Source: Patulibacter sp. (GTDB lineage Bacteria; Actinomycetota; Thermoleophilia; Solirubrobacterales; Solirubrobacteraceae). Taken from it: a stretch of 39,735 nucleotides of DNA. Under the pieces are notes generated by a model, which ran no database searches, was not told the origin of the DNA, and saw only the letters and a list, made by a program, of their open reading frames with translations. Location: NCBI GenBank assembly GCA_023268575.1, contig JALRCL010000045.1, forward strand, positions 1 through 39,735, written 5' to 3'. Shown in pieces: positions 8,705 to 15,946 of this stretch; position 1 is the stretch's first letter, and every line of letters starts with the position of its first letter. Made by a program: the position numbers and the translations under genes.

Positions 8705-8991
8705 GATCCGGCCCTCGCTCCCCGCTGCCGCCGGGCGGGGACGACGCGCCGACGATCCGCCGCCAACTCATCCCGCAACGACTCCCCAATCGACAGCGCC
8801 TCGTCCAACTCCAACGAGTCCTCGATCTCCACCAACAGCACCGGCAACTGGCACTCCATCCGCCGATACGCCTCCGCCAGCGCACGCACGTCATCGCCCA
8901 CGCGATCCAGCTCCACCAGCCCCGCGTGACGCGGATCGGGAGCGCCGTCCGTCATCCGGTCGGTGGCTCCGGGAGGCAGACCGAACATCAC
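8701..8991 (-). CDS. Hypothetical phage protein
   Basis: GGAGG RBS; GTGA overlap. Confidence 0.55.
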   Translation of the reverse strand: MMFGLPPGATDRMTDGAPDPRHAGLVELDRVGDDVRALAEAYRRMECQLPVLLVEIEDSLELDEALSIGESLRDELAADRRRVVPARRQRGARAGS

Positions 8992-9284
8992 GCGGCCTCC
9001 CGCAGCGCCCGACGCAAGAGCGCCTTCGCCGCGTACTCGTTGTGGAACGGCCAAAACGGAAGCCGATACCGAGCCACACGCGACCGGCCAACAGGAACCT
9101 CGTCGATCTCCCAACCGTCCCGGCGCAGATCGTGGATACGTGCAGCGACCCGCAGAATCGGAGCGCCGCCGTCAACGACCCGCGGCGCCGCGAAGTCCGT
9201 GACGACGAACCCGTCCTCGCTCATCACGAGCTGCATCGCGATCCGCGTCTTCTGCGTCGGACGATCGATACGCCGAACCGTCAT
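8988..9284 (-). CDS. Winged helix-turn-helix DNA-binding protein
   Basis: ATG 9284; RVAARIHDLRRDGWEI...VARYRL pattern of small phage wHTH proteins. Confidence 0.75.
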   Translation of the reverse strand: MTVRRIDRPTQKTRIAMQLVMSEDGFVVTDFAAPRVVDGGAPILRVAARIHDLRRDGWEIDEVPVGRSRVARYRLPFWPFHNEYAAKALLRRALREAA

Positions 9285-9817
9285 CCCATCACCTCGTTCG
9301 TGTCCCCATGGTCGATCGGCTTCCCGAACCGCTTCTCGACCTCCGGCCGCGCAACCCATGTCGCGTACCGATCGCGAAGCTGACGATCCGCTTCAGGGCT
9401 GATGGCCCATGACGTTCCGCGCTGCTTCAGTTGATCCGCGCGAAGCCAGATCTGCGGGAGCGCGTACAACGACGACCCGATCCCGAACTTGACTCCAGCG
9501 CGCTTGAACGCGTCGCTGTACACCGTCTTGACGCCCTTGTCGGACGACACATCGGCGGTCCACCCGACGTCCTCGCGAGTAGCGCCCAGAACCGTCAGCC
9601 GGCACACGACGCTCGTGCCGGCGAGCGGCGCGTATGTGTCGGACCAGTCGCCACCAACGACGGTGTTCAGCCGCTCGGCAACAAGGCGCGAATCGATGAA
9701 CGCGACGATCAGCGCGGAGCTGGTCGGGGTCTTCGGATTCGTTTGGATCTTCCACCTGACGGCCGCTGCGGTGAACGGGCGCCGAAGATCCGTCAGGACC
9801 TCGGAAAGACTGTTCAT
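9281..9817 (-). CDS. Rad52/Sak-like single-strand annealing protein
   Basis: LRRPF...FIDSRLVAERLN...W...KTVYSDAFKRAGVKFGIGSSLY. Confidence 0.9.
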   Translation of the reverse strand: MNSLSEVLTDLRRPFTAAAVRWKIQTNPKTPTSSALIVAFIDSRLVAERLNTVVGGDWSDTYAPLAGTSVVCRLTVLGATREDVGWTADVSSDKGVKTVYSDAFKRAGVKFGIGSSLYALPQIWLRADQLKQRGTSWAISPEADRQLRDRYATWVARPEVEKRFGKPIDHGDTNEVMG

Positions 9818-10341
9818 CGCCGCGCCTCTCGTTCAGCGACGACCGCGAGAGGGGTAGCGGACCACCGCGCCTCTTCCCGGCAGGTCGTCATCAGGTCGTC
9901 CGCGTCGCTCGTCCCGGACAGACGAGAGAGCAGGGCACTCAGTGCCCGCCCGTCGGGCTTGACCGACGGGACGACGGGAGCGCACTCGACGGCCTCGCCT
10001 CGAGTGATGACTCCCTTCTTGACCATCCGGTCGAGGGTCAAGGCGACACGGTCGGGCTCGCGATCCCACTGCCGCGAGAGCGACATTCGGAACTCCCATC
10101 CGCCGAGGCGCACTGTGCGCTTCGTGGCGCCGCTGCGGTGCCTCTGCGTGAGTTGGTCGTCGACCAGCATCTTCAGCCTCGCGGTCTTCGAGTTGGCCTC
10201 GGTCGCGGCGGCGAGAAGGGCGAACAGGTCTCCGGTCGTGTAGCTGGCTCCGTTGGTTTCGAGCTGCTCGATCTCGTCCTCGATCGAGGTTGCGTCGTTC
10301 GGGCTGGACCGGACGATCTGGATGGTGATGCCGTCGCTCAT
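9814..10341 (-). CDS. Hypothetical protein next to the annealase
   Basis: 175 aa; ATGA coupling at both ends. Confidence 0.7.
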   Translation of the reverse strand: MSDGITIQIVRSSPNDATSIEDEIEQLETNGASYTTGDLFALLAAATEANSKTARLKMLVDDQLTQRHRSGATKRTVRLGGWEFRMSLSRQWDREPDRVALTLDRMVKKGVITRGEAVECAPVVPSVKPDGRALSALLSRLSGTSDADDLMTTCREEARWSATPLAVVAEREARR

Positions 10342-10595
10342 GCGGCCCGCCGATCCGTGGCCGACGCCGGGGCAGCCGACTGCATGCCGCAGCGCCAGCA
10401 GTCCCCGCCGAACGTGTGATCACCGCACGCCGGGCACGACCACTGCGGCAACCGACTCGTCACGGAGCGCAGCGCCGGGCGGGCCGGCGGCGTCTTTCGG
10501 CTGTACCGCGTCGGGACGAGGTACCCGTCGGGGTCGTATGTGGTCTCCTCGTCGCGAAAGACGGGCACCCCGGACACCCTGTACGAGAGCGCCAT
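10338..10595 (-). CDS. Small zinc-ribbon protein
   Basis: ATG 10595 (TGATG); WSCPACG...CWRCG. Confidence 0.65.
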   Translation of the reverse strand: MALSYRVSGVPVFRDEETTYDPDGYLVPTRYSRKTPPARPALRSVTSRLPQWSCPACGDHTFGGDCWRCGMQSAAPASATDRRAA

Positions 10596-11449
10596 CAGAT
10601 GCCCTTCTCGAACGGGCCGGGAGCGACCAAGATCATCCGGTCCATCAGGTCCAACGCCGACGCCTGCAACTCGGAGACGGTGGGGGCGAGAGCGGCCCAT
10701 ACGGCGTCCCGTGCGGCGTCCCGTGCCGCGTCCCATGCGGCGGCCCCTGCCGCGTCCCCTGCGGCGTCCCCTGCGGCGTCCCGTGCCGCGTCCCCTGCCG
10801 CGTCCCGTGCCGCGGCCCCTGCCGCGTCCCGTGCCGCGTACCATGCGGCGTCCCGTGCCGCGGCCCGTGCCGCGGCCCCTGCCGCGGCCCCTGCGGCGGC
10901 CCGTGCCGCGGCCCCTGCCGCGGCCCCTGCCGCGGCCCCTGCCGCGTCCCCTGCCGCGGCCCGTGCCGCGTCCCATGCGGCGTCCCATGCGGCGGCAGCC
11001 CTCTCCTGCGCCACCCGCACGCGCTTGCCGGCAGCCTCCGCGGCACCGAGCGACACGATCGGATCGAGATCCTCCAGCGACTTCGCCTCCGCGTCCAGAC
11101 CGGCAAGATGCAGCCACGACGGTGTCTGGGTGCGGATCAGCCAGTCGAGAGCCATGAACGACCGCTTCTCCGCAACCGACGGGTCGTCGGGGCGGGCGGT
11201 GCCGACGAGGCGCGACAGGAGCGGCTTGAGGAGACGGTCGCGGTCTTCGTCGGAGCGGAGTGCGTCGTTGAACGATCTGCCGAACGCCCCGAGCGTCCGG
11301 CAGACGCAGTTGGGGTGATCGCTGTGCGGCTCCCGTGCGATCCATGCAGCGGCCTCGAGGAGACACATGCCGTCGTCGGGGGCGCCGTGGCCGCCGTGCT
11401 TGAGCGGGCCGAGAGCGTTGAGGCGGTTGGTGTCGATAGTGGTGGTCAT
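10595..11449 (-). CDS. Ala-rich tetrapeptide-repeat phage protein with a Cys/His N-terminal domain
   Basis: ATG 11449; GGH...MCLLEAAAW...HSDHPNCV...FND followed by a (W/R/G)(D/A)AA array. Confidence 0.85.
   Translation of the reverse strand: MTTTIDTNRLNALGPLKHGGHGAPDDGMCLLEAAAWIAREPHSDHPNCVCRTLGAFGRSFNDALRSDEDRDRLLKPLLSRLVGTARPDDPSVAEKRSFMALDWLIRTQTPSWLHLAGLDAEAKSLEDLDPIVSLGAAEAAGKRVRVAQERAAAAWDAAWDAARAAAGDAAGAAAGAAAGAAARAAAGAAAGAAARAAARDAAWYAARDAAGAAARDAAGDAARDAAGDAAGDAAGAAAWDAARDAARDAVWAALAPTVSELQASALDLMDRMILVAPGPFEKGI
10688..10987 (-). repeat. 12-bp coding tandem repeat, about 25 units
   Basis: Unit NGG-GMC-GCS-GCA on the minus strand, encoding WDAA, RDAA, GDAA, GAAA or RAAA. Confidence 0.95.
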
Positions 11450-11745
11450 GCGGTGGCCTTTCGCGCGTGTCCGTTCGGCGCCGCCTCCGGCCACGCCGGG
11501 TTGTTCTCGTCCGGGTCGACCTGGTCAACGTCAAGTTCCATCTCCTCGCACAACTCGACGACCAGCTCCTCCGGCGTGCCACCCGACGCAATCCACTCGC
11601 TCTTCACGTGGCCGGACATCGACAGCTCCGACGCTCGAGCGATGCAACCGCCGGTGTCGGTGAACTCGACGCTCCACCGACGGTGGAACCCCTGTGCGGC
11701 CCAGTCGCTGAGGCGGTTGAACGCCTGCTCGACGGTGATGGTCAT
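11446..11745 (-). CDS. Hypothetical phage protein
   Basis: GGAGG RBS; ATGA coupling. Confidence 0.7.
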   Translation of the reverse strand: MTITVEQAFNRLSDWAAQGFHRRWSVEFTDTGGCIARASELSMSGHVKSEWIASGGTPEELVVELCEEMELDVDQVDPDENNPAWPEAAPNGHARKATA

Positions 11746-11897
11746 CGCCGGGCTCCTCCGTCGAGGCGGACCGAGCCGGCGGGCCAGAGTCGTTCGTAGG
11801 CGTGGCGGCAGCGGGCGCAGCGCTCGAAGTGGCGGCCGTTGATGATGACGGTGCGCCAGTGGTGGCCGCGGAGGGTGCAGTGGAGTCGGCGGATCAT
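11742..11897 (-). CDS. Small Cys/His protein (DUF1660-like pattern)
   Basis: MIRRLHCTLRGHHW...ERCARC. Confidence 0.65.
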   Translation of the reverse strand: MIRRLHCTLRGHHWRTVIINGRHFERCARCRHAYERLWPAGSVRLDGGARR

Positions 11898-12070
11898 CGG
11901 AGGCGCTCCGTGATGGGGGTGTTGTCGGCGGCGTGTTGGCGTTGTGCGCGGATGGCGAGGACGCGGTCGATGGCGTCGGCGAGGTGGTGTCCTTCGGGGG
12001 TGGTGCGGAGGGTTTCGACGGCCGTGTGGCCGCGTGCGTGGTCGGCGCCGGCGTTGGGCTTGGAGGTCAT
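11894..12070 (-). CDS. Hypothetical phage protein
   Basis: ATG 12070 after AAGGAGG; ATGA coupling. Confidence 0.6.
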   Translation of the reverse strand: MTSKPNAGADHARGHTAVETLRTTPEGHHLADAIDRVLAIRAQRQHAADNTPITERLR

Positions 12071-12423
12071 TCCGACCCCTCCTTGGCCCCAATAGGGGCG
12101 TCGTCGGAGAGCCGGTCGTACGCCAGCCACGCGTCGTCTTCGGCCATGTCCGGGTGCGACCGCTCCCAGCCCTCGCGGGCGGCCTGCACGATGTCCGCGA
12201 GTTGCGATCCGTCGCGTCGATCGAACCGCGCGAGGCAGCAGTAGAGCCGCTGCCCACCGGCCTCGAAGTCGGCGACGCGCTTCTCCAGGTCGCGGATATG
12301 CGCGATTGCGTCGGCCGGGTCCCACAGCATCCCGCCGCAGCGGTAACACGCGTTCGCCTCGTGCTCCTCGGGGCGGATCGGATCGCCGACACGGTCGGCA
12401 CCGCACAGGCAGCCCCTATGCAT
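12067..12423 (-). CDS. Hypothetical Cys-rich protein
   Basis: CLCG...CYRCGG followed by a coiled coil; GAGG RBS. Confidence 0.65.
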   Translation of the reverse strand: MHRGCLCGADRVGDPIRPEEHEANACYRCGGMLWDPADAIAHIRDLEKRVADFEAGGQRLYCCLARFDRRDGSQLADIVQAAREGWERSHPDMAEDDAWLAYDRLSDDAPIGAKEGSE

Positions 12424-12456
12424 CCTCAGCCCCCTGGTTCTGCCGCTGAGCGGGCA

Positions 12457-12714
12457 TCACGCAGCCGCCCTCTCGTCATCGTCCTCGCGAACCGCCTGCA
12501 GGTAGACCGCCGAACCGACGATCCGAGTCCGCACCTTGAACCCGCGCACAGCCCCGGCCTGCTTCGCGGCACGCCGGAACGACTCCGGCTTGACGCGGAA
12601 GTCGTCCAGGTGCTCGAGCTTCCACGCGCGACCGTCGAGCCACGAGCCCCACGGGTACATCTCCCGGTGGCCCTGGCCGTCCGGGTACGGGAGCTGATCG
12701 ACGACCTCAGCCAT
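12457..12714 (-). CDS. Small, probably DNA-binding phage protein
   Basis: MYPWGSWLDGRAWKL...SFRRAAKQAG; TGATG coupling. Confidence 0.7.
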   Translation of the reverse strand: MAEVVDQLPYPDGQGHREMYPWGSWLDGRAWKLEHLDDFRVKPESFRRAAKQAGAVRGFKVRTRIVGSAVYLQAVREDDDERAAA

Positions 12715-12947
12715 CAGGCCGCCGCCTTCTCGTCGTCGTCGCGGAACGCCGAGATCAAGTCCGTTACGTCGAGGTCGATCTCGCGCTCCTCCTTGAAGTA
12801 GGCCGCGATGCGCCGGGCGTTCTTCGGGTGCACCCCCTGTCCGTCGCGGATGCGACGGAGCGAATGCTCCGGAACGCCGATCTCGTCCGCGAGGGAGCGG
12901 TAGCTATGGCCGGCCCTCGCGACCTCCCTCGCGATGTCGAAGGTCAT
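12714..12947 (-). CDS. XRE-family HTH regulator
   Basis: ATG 12947; SYRSLADEIGVPEHSLRRIRDG. Confidence 0.8.
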   Translation of the reverse strand: MTFDIAREVARAGHSYRSLADEIGVPEHSLRRIRDGQGVHPKNARRIAAYFKEEREIDLDVTDLISAFRDDDEKAAA

Positions 12948-13183
12948 GCGAACTCCCTCTGTCGGTCCATCGGGAACAGCTCGAACTGGTCGACGCCAAG
13001 GGCATCCGAAAGCGCCTTCTGGGTGGGCGGCTCGACGTACGCGCCGCGCTCCGCGTTGAGCACCGTGTTCGTGCTGATTCCTGCCTGGCGTGCAAGTCCG
13101 CTCGTCGTCCACCCGTGCCGAAGCCGAGCGACGATCAGCGTCCGGTTCTGGCGGGTGCGAGATTTTGCGCTCTTGCCGGTCAT
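12944..13183 (-). CDS. Cro-like XRE HTH regulator, first gene of the early operon
   Basis: ARLRHGWTTSGLARQAGISTNTVLNAERG...LSDALGV; divergent from the repressor. Confidence 0.88.
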   Translation of the reverse strand: MTGKSAKSRTRQNRTLIVARLRHGWTTSGLARQAGISTNTVLNAERGAYVEPPTQKALSDALGVDQFELFPMDRQREFA

Positions 13184-13263
13184 TGCGCAGACTGTAGCGC
13201 AAATTCGCAGCGGTGCGGGAATTTGTCGTTCCCCGACGCAAAACTGCGCGTAACCTCGTGCCG
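13156..13263. promoter_or_regulatory. Divergent lysis/lysogeny promoters with candidate operators
   Basis: -10 TACAGT (13196-13191, minus) 7 nt before the cro ATG; -10 TAACCT (13251-13256) 7 nt before the repressor GTG; repeated CGCAAA-containing boxes. Confidence 0.7.
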
Positions 13264-13578
13264 GTGAAGGCCGAGATCGCCACCCCGAGAGCCCGAGCCG
13301 CCTGGTCCTTCAGCGGCAAGTCGCAGCAACAGTTGGCGCAGGAGACCGGGCTCACCTACGGCCGGATCAGGGCGCTCCTGGCGACGTCGAACACCACCGA
13401 GGTCGCACTCGACGAGCTGCACAAGATCGCCGACGCATGCGGCGTCCCCCGGGCGTTCATGGAGAACGGATTCGGGGAGTCCGCAGGCGTGGTGACGCCC
13501 GCGGACCTCGACGCACTACGCGCCGAGCTGTCCGCGCAGATCAGCGCTCTCCGACGCGACGACGAGCGCAGCCAGTAG
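13264..13578 (+). CDS. Immunity repressor (XRE HTH plus C-terminal coiled coil; no S24 domain)
   Basis: SQQQLAQETGLTYGRIRALL...LHKIADACGVP; start moved to leaderless GTG 13264. Confidence 0.8.
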   Translation: MKAEIATPRARAAWSFSGKSQQQLAQETGLTYGRIRALLATSNTTEVALDELHKIADACGVPRAFMENGFGESAGVVTPADLDALRAELSAQISALRRDDERSQ

Positions 13579-13762
13579 CCCGCGCCACCCGCCGCGCCTC
13601 AAACGCCGTCAGATGTCTCCCGACGGCGACGAGCATCGCCACGCACTCGGCAGACAACTCGAGCCGTTCCGACTCGGCCAGCGCCTCCACCAAGAGGGCC
13701 ACGGCCTCGCTGTCTGGGGTCCGGTTGTTGAGGCCGCCGGCTGCCTGATGGGTCGAGGACAT
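13541..13762 (-). CDS. Small hypothetical protein convergent with the repressor
   Basis: GAGGTG RBS before ATG 13762; helical EAVALLVEALAESERLEL. Confidence 0.5.
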   Translation of the reverse strand: MSSTHQAAGGLNNRTPDSEAVALLVEALAESERLELSAECVAMLVAVGRHLTAFEARRVARATGCARRRVGER

Positions 13763-14007
13763 TCGGTCACCTCGGTCCCGTGCCGCCGCTGTCCCCACTG
13801 CGGTGATCTCGCGTCGCCCGGCGGCTGGTTGAGCGGCGAGGTCTGGCACCGTCGCACTCTCGGCGGACGGAACATGAACCCCCTGCAAACCCGCTGATGG
13901 ACCCTCGTCGCGGCTCATGCTTGAGCGTAACCCGACCCGACCAGCGACCACAAGACCAGCGTCGACGATCGCCCGGGCGCACCCGCGCCGAGAGTGCGAA
14001 GCACTCC

Positions 14008-14041
14008 GGGACGGGCCGGGATGGGACGGGCCGGGATGGGG
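14008..14041 (+). repeat. GGGACGGGCCGGGAT tandem repeat with seven G-tracts
   Basis: Read directly from sequence. Confidence 0.85.
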
Positions 14042-14385
14042 TAAGCGCGCCACCTCCGCGGAACCCATCGACACCCGGCGCGCGGAGGGCGCCCGACGCG
14101 GGCGCGCGGATTCCCGACGGAACATGCACGTGCATGAACCAGTATCGCCAGTGTTTAAGGGAGATCTCGGTTCCGCGAGGCCCTAGCTATCCTCGCCAAC
14201 TCCCCGCTAGGTCATGTGGCTTTTCCGCACCACATCACCCTGCGCCACCGCCCGATCGGCCACGAAATCAGGGCCGTGGAGTCGACACGGGCGACCGGAG
14301 AAGGCGGAAGAGTTGGGTGATCCGAAGCGGACAACTTGGGGAATCGACGTGTGATGTACGCGTGGATGTCGCGCCTGCGCGCGCG

Positions 14386-14391
14386 TAGGAT
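14386..14391 (+). promoter_or_regulatory. -10 element (TAGGAT) of a leaderless protease promoter
   Basis: 7 nt before ATG 14399. Confidence 0.6.
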
Positions 14392-14398
14392 CGCGCGC

Positions 14399-15262
14399 AT
14401 GAAGCTCCGGACGCTCGCCATCGCTGCGCTGATCTGCGCCTCGCTGGGAGCCGCCCCAGCCTCCGCCGACGTCCCCGCAAAGCCTCGAATCTGGCAAGGA
14501 TGGCCAGCCAGAGTCGACAGCGTTCCGTCGATGGCTGCCATCCTTGTCACCCAGAGTGGAGGCCCTAAACGGTCCTTCCTCTGTGGCGGGACGGTCATTG
14601 CGCCGCGCGTCGTCCTCACGGCTGCGCACTGCCTGCAGGGGAGACGCTCACGAATCCTCGCCAACGTCTCCGTGATGACCGGCCGGACGACGCTGACCCC
14701 GATCCACCCCGGCCAGCCAGGGCAACGATCGCCGATCGTTGACTACGCGACGCATGAGTTCTTCTCCAAGCGCCGGGGCTACGAGAACGACATCGCCGTC
14801 ATCCTGCTCCGTGACGAGACCGTGGCGCCTCCCGCTGCAATCGACGTTTCTCGGAGCACGTTCCAAAGCCTGACGCTCGACGTTGCAGGGTGGGGGCGGC
14901 TAGGGCGACGTCCGGTATACCCGACGAGCCTCCAGACGGCGGGCCTAAAAGTGATCCCGCAGTCGGTCTGCAAGAGGGCGTACCGGGGAATGCCGCGCCC
15001 GAGTCTCTACGTTTGCGCGTTCGGCGAGAACGAGGGCGTCTGCGACGGCGACTCGGGAGGCCCGCTCTCCCTGCCTGAGGGCACCTTGGTAGGTCTCACG
15101 AGCGGGGGGTCGGTGGCCTGCCGCCTGGGAGGGCCCGCCGTCTTCACCCGAGTCGGCCGCTACATCGACTGGATGCGCGCCCGCATCGAGCAATTCGCCT
15201 GGGAGCCAGGCACGCCGGGCTCGGCCATCGACGAGAATCTCCCCGGAGGACCGACCGACTGA
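14399..15262 (+). CDS. Secreted S1 (chymotrypsin-fold) serine protease, moron
   Basis: Signal peptide MKLRTLAIAALICASLGAAPASA; catalytic motifs LTAAHC, DIAVI and GDSGGP. Confidence 0.93.
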   Translation: MKLRTLAIAALICASLGAAPASADVPAKPRIWQGWPARVDSVPSMAAILVTQSGGPKRSFLCGGTVIAPRVVLTAAHCLQGRRSRILANVSVMTGRTTLTPIHPGQPGQRSPIVDYATHEFFSKRRGYENDIAVILLRDETVAPPAAIDVSRSTFQSLTLDVAGWGRLGRRPVYPTSLQTAGLKVIPQSVCKRAYRGMPRPSLYVCAFGENEGVCDGDSGGPLSLPEGTLVGLTSGGSVACRLGGPAVFTRVGRYIDWMRARIEQFAWEPGTPGSAIDENLPGGPTD

Positions 15263-15316
15263 GCCACGCCATTCGATCTGGTGCTCGGGCCCACGGGGCT
15301 TTCCGAACCCAGAGCC

Positions 15317-15508
15317 TCAGCGCGACGCGATCAGGGGCTCCGCGCACGACAGATGCGCGATCCCCTCGGACGCGTGCGCGTGCGCGTCAGCCCGCTCGAG
15401 AGGTTTGCCGCAGATCGCGCATGTCCGCGTCTCCGTCAGCCACGATGCGACGGCGGCGCGACGCTCCGCGGGTAGCGGTTCGAGCCAGGCGTCAAGGTCG
15501 GTGCTCAC
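15317..15508 (-). CDS. Small zinc-finger protein
   Basis: CAICG...HLSC; own -10 TACGGT (15520-15515) 6 nt before GTG. Confidence 0.7.
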   Translation of the reverse strand: MSTDLDAWLEPLPAERRAAVASWLTETRTCAICGKPLERADAHAHASEGIAHLSCAEPLIASR

Positions 15509-15538
15509 GCCGCGACCGTACTGGCCGTCGGCGACAGA

Positions 15539-15922
15539 TCACCGCGGGAACGCGTCGCTCGCGGCGCGCTGCGCCTCCCGGGCCACGCGACCGAGGTCCG
15601 GGGTGACGACGTCGGCGTGCCCGGGGTCCTCGTGCACGGGCACGGGGCCGCGCCAGTGCCGCTCGTCGGCGTACCAGGCGATCGCGCGGCCGAGGAGCCG
15701 GAGGGCGCGGTCGTCGACGATCGACCGTTCGTGCAGGCCGCGTTCGGCGGCGAGGGCACGCGCGAGCTCGCGCTGTTGGGCTGCGTCGACGTCGGCGTGG
15801 TGCTCCTTCGTGATGTGTCCGACGATGACGTTCGCGACGACGTGAAAGGCGCCAGGCTCGGCGTCGGGGAAGTAGCGGTGGAGGATCTTCTCGACGTCGA
15901 CGGCGAGCACGGGCGAACGCAT
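15539..15922 (-). CDS. Hypothetical protein under a probable LexA box; candidate antirepressor
   Basis: 127-aa helical ORF whose start codon lies inside the SOS box. Confidence 0.65.
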   Translation of the reverse strand: MRSPVLAVDVEKILHRYFPDAEPGAFHVVANVIVGHITKEHHADVDAAQQRELARALAAERGLHERSIVDDRALRLLGRAIAWYADERHWRGPVPVHEDPGHADVVTPDLGRVAREAQRAASDAFPR

Positions 15923-15928
15923 GTTCGC
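15913..15928. promoter_or_regulatory. LexA/SOS box
   Basis: GCGAAC-GCAT-GTTCGC matches the Gram-positive CGAAC-N4-GTTCG consensus; adjoins -10-like CACGGT (15934-15929). Confidence 0.75.
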
Positions 15929-15946
15929 ACCGTGTCGTTGCGGGCG

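Noticed and set aside
10409-10421. CGAACGTGTGATC as a second SOS box (also CGAACACGTTC near 33380)
   Set aside because: The first is mismatched and mid-gene; the second has 2-nt instead of 4-nt spacing.
10688-10987. Repeat array as a CRISPR or DGR template/variable repeat
   Set aside because: Contiguous in-frame 12-mers with no spacers; no cas or reverse transcriptase gene in the window.
14220-14241. CTTTT-N11-CACCCT, and TTTTT-N12-CACGCG at 37652, as extra late promoters
   Set aside because: Wrong spacing or missing final T, and no start codon at the expected distance; left as unresolved near-matches.
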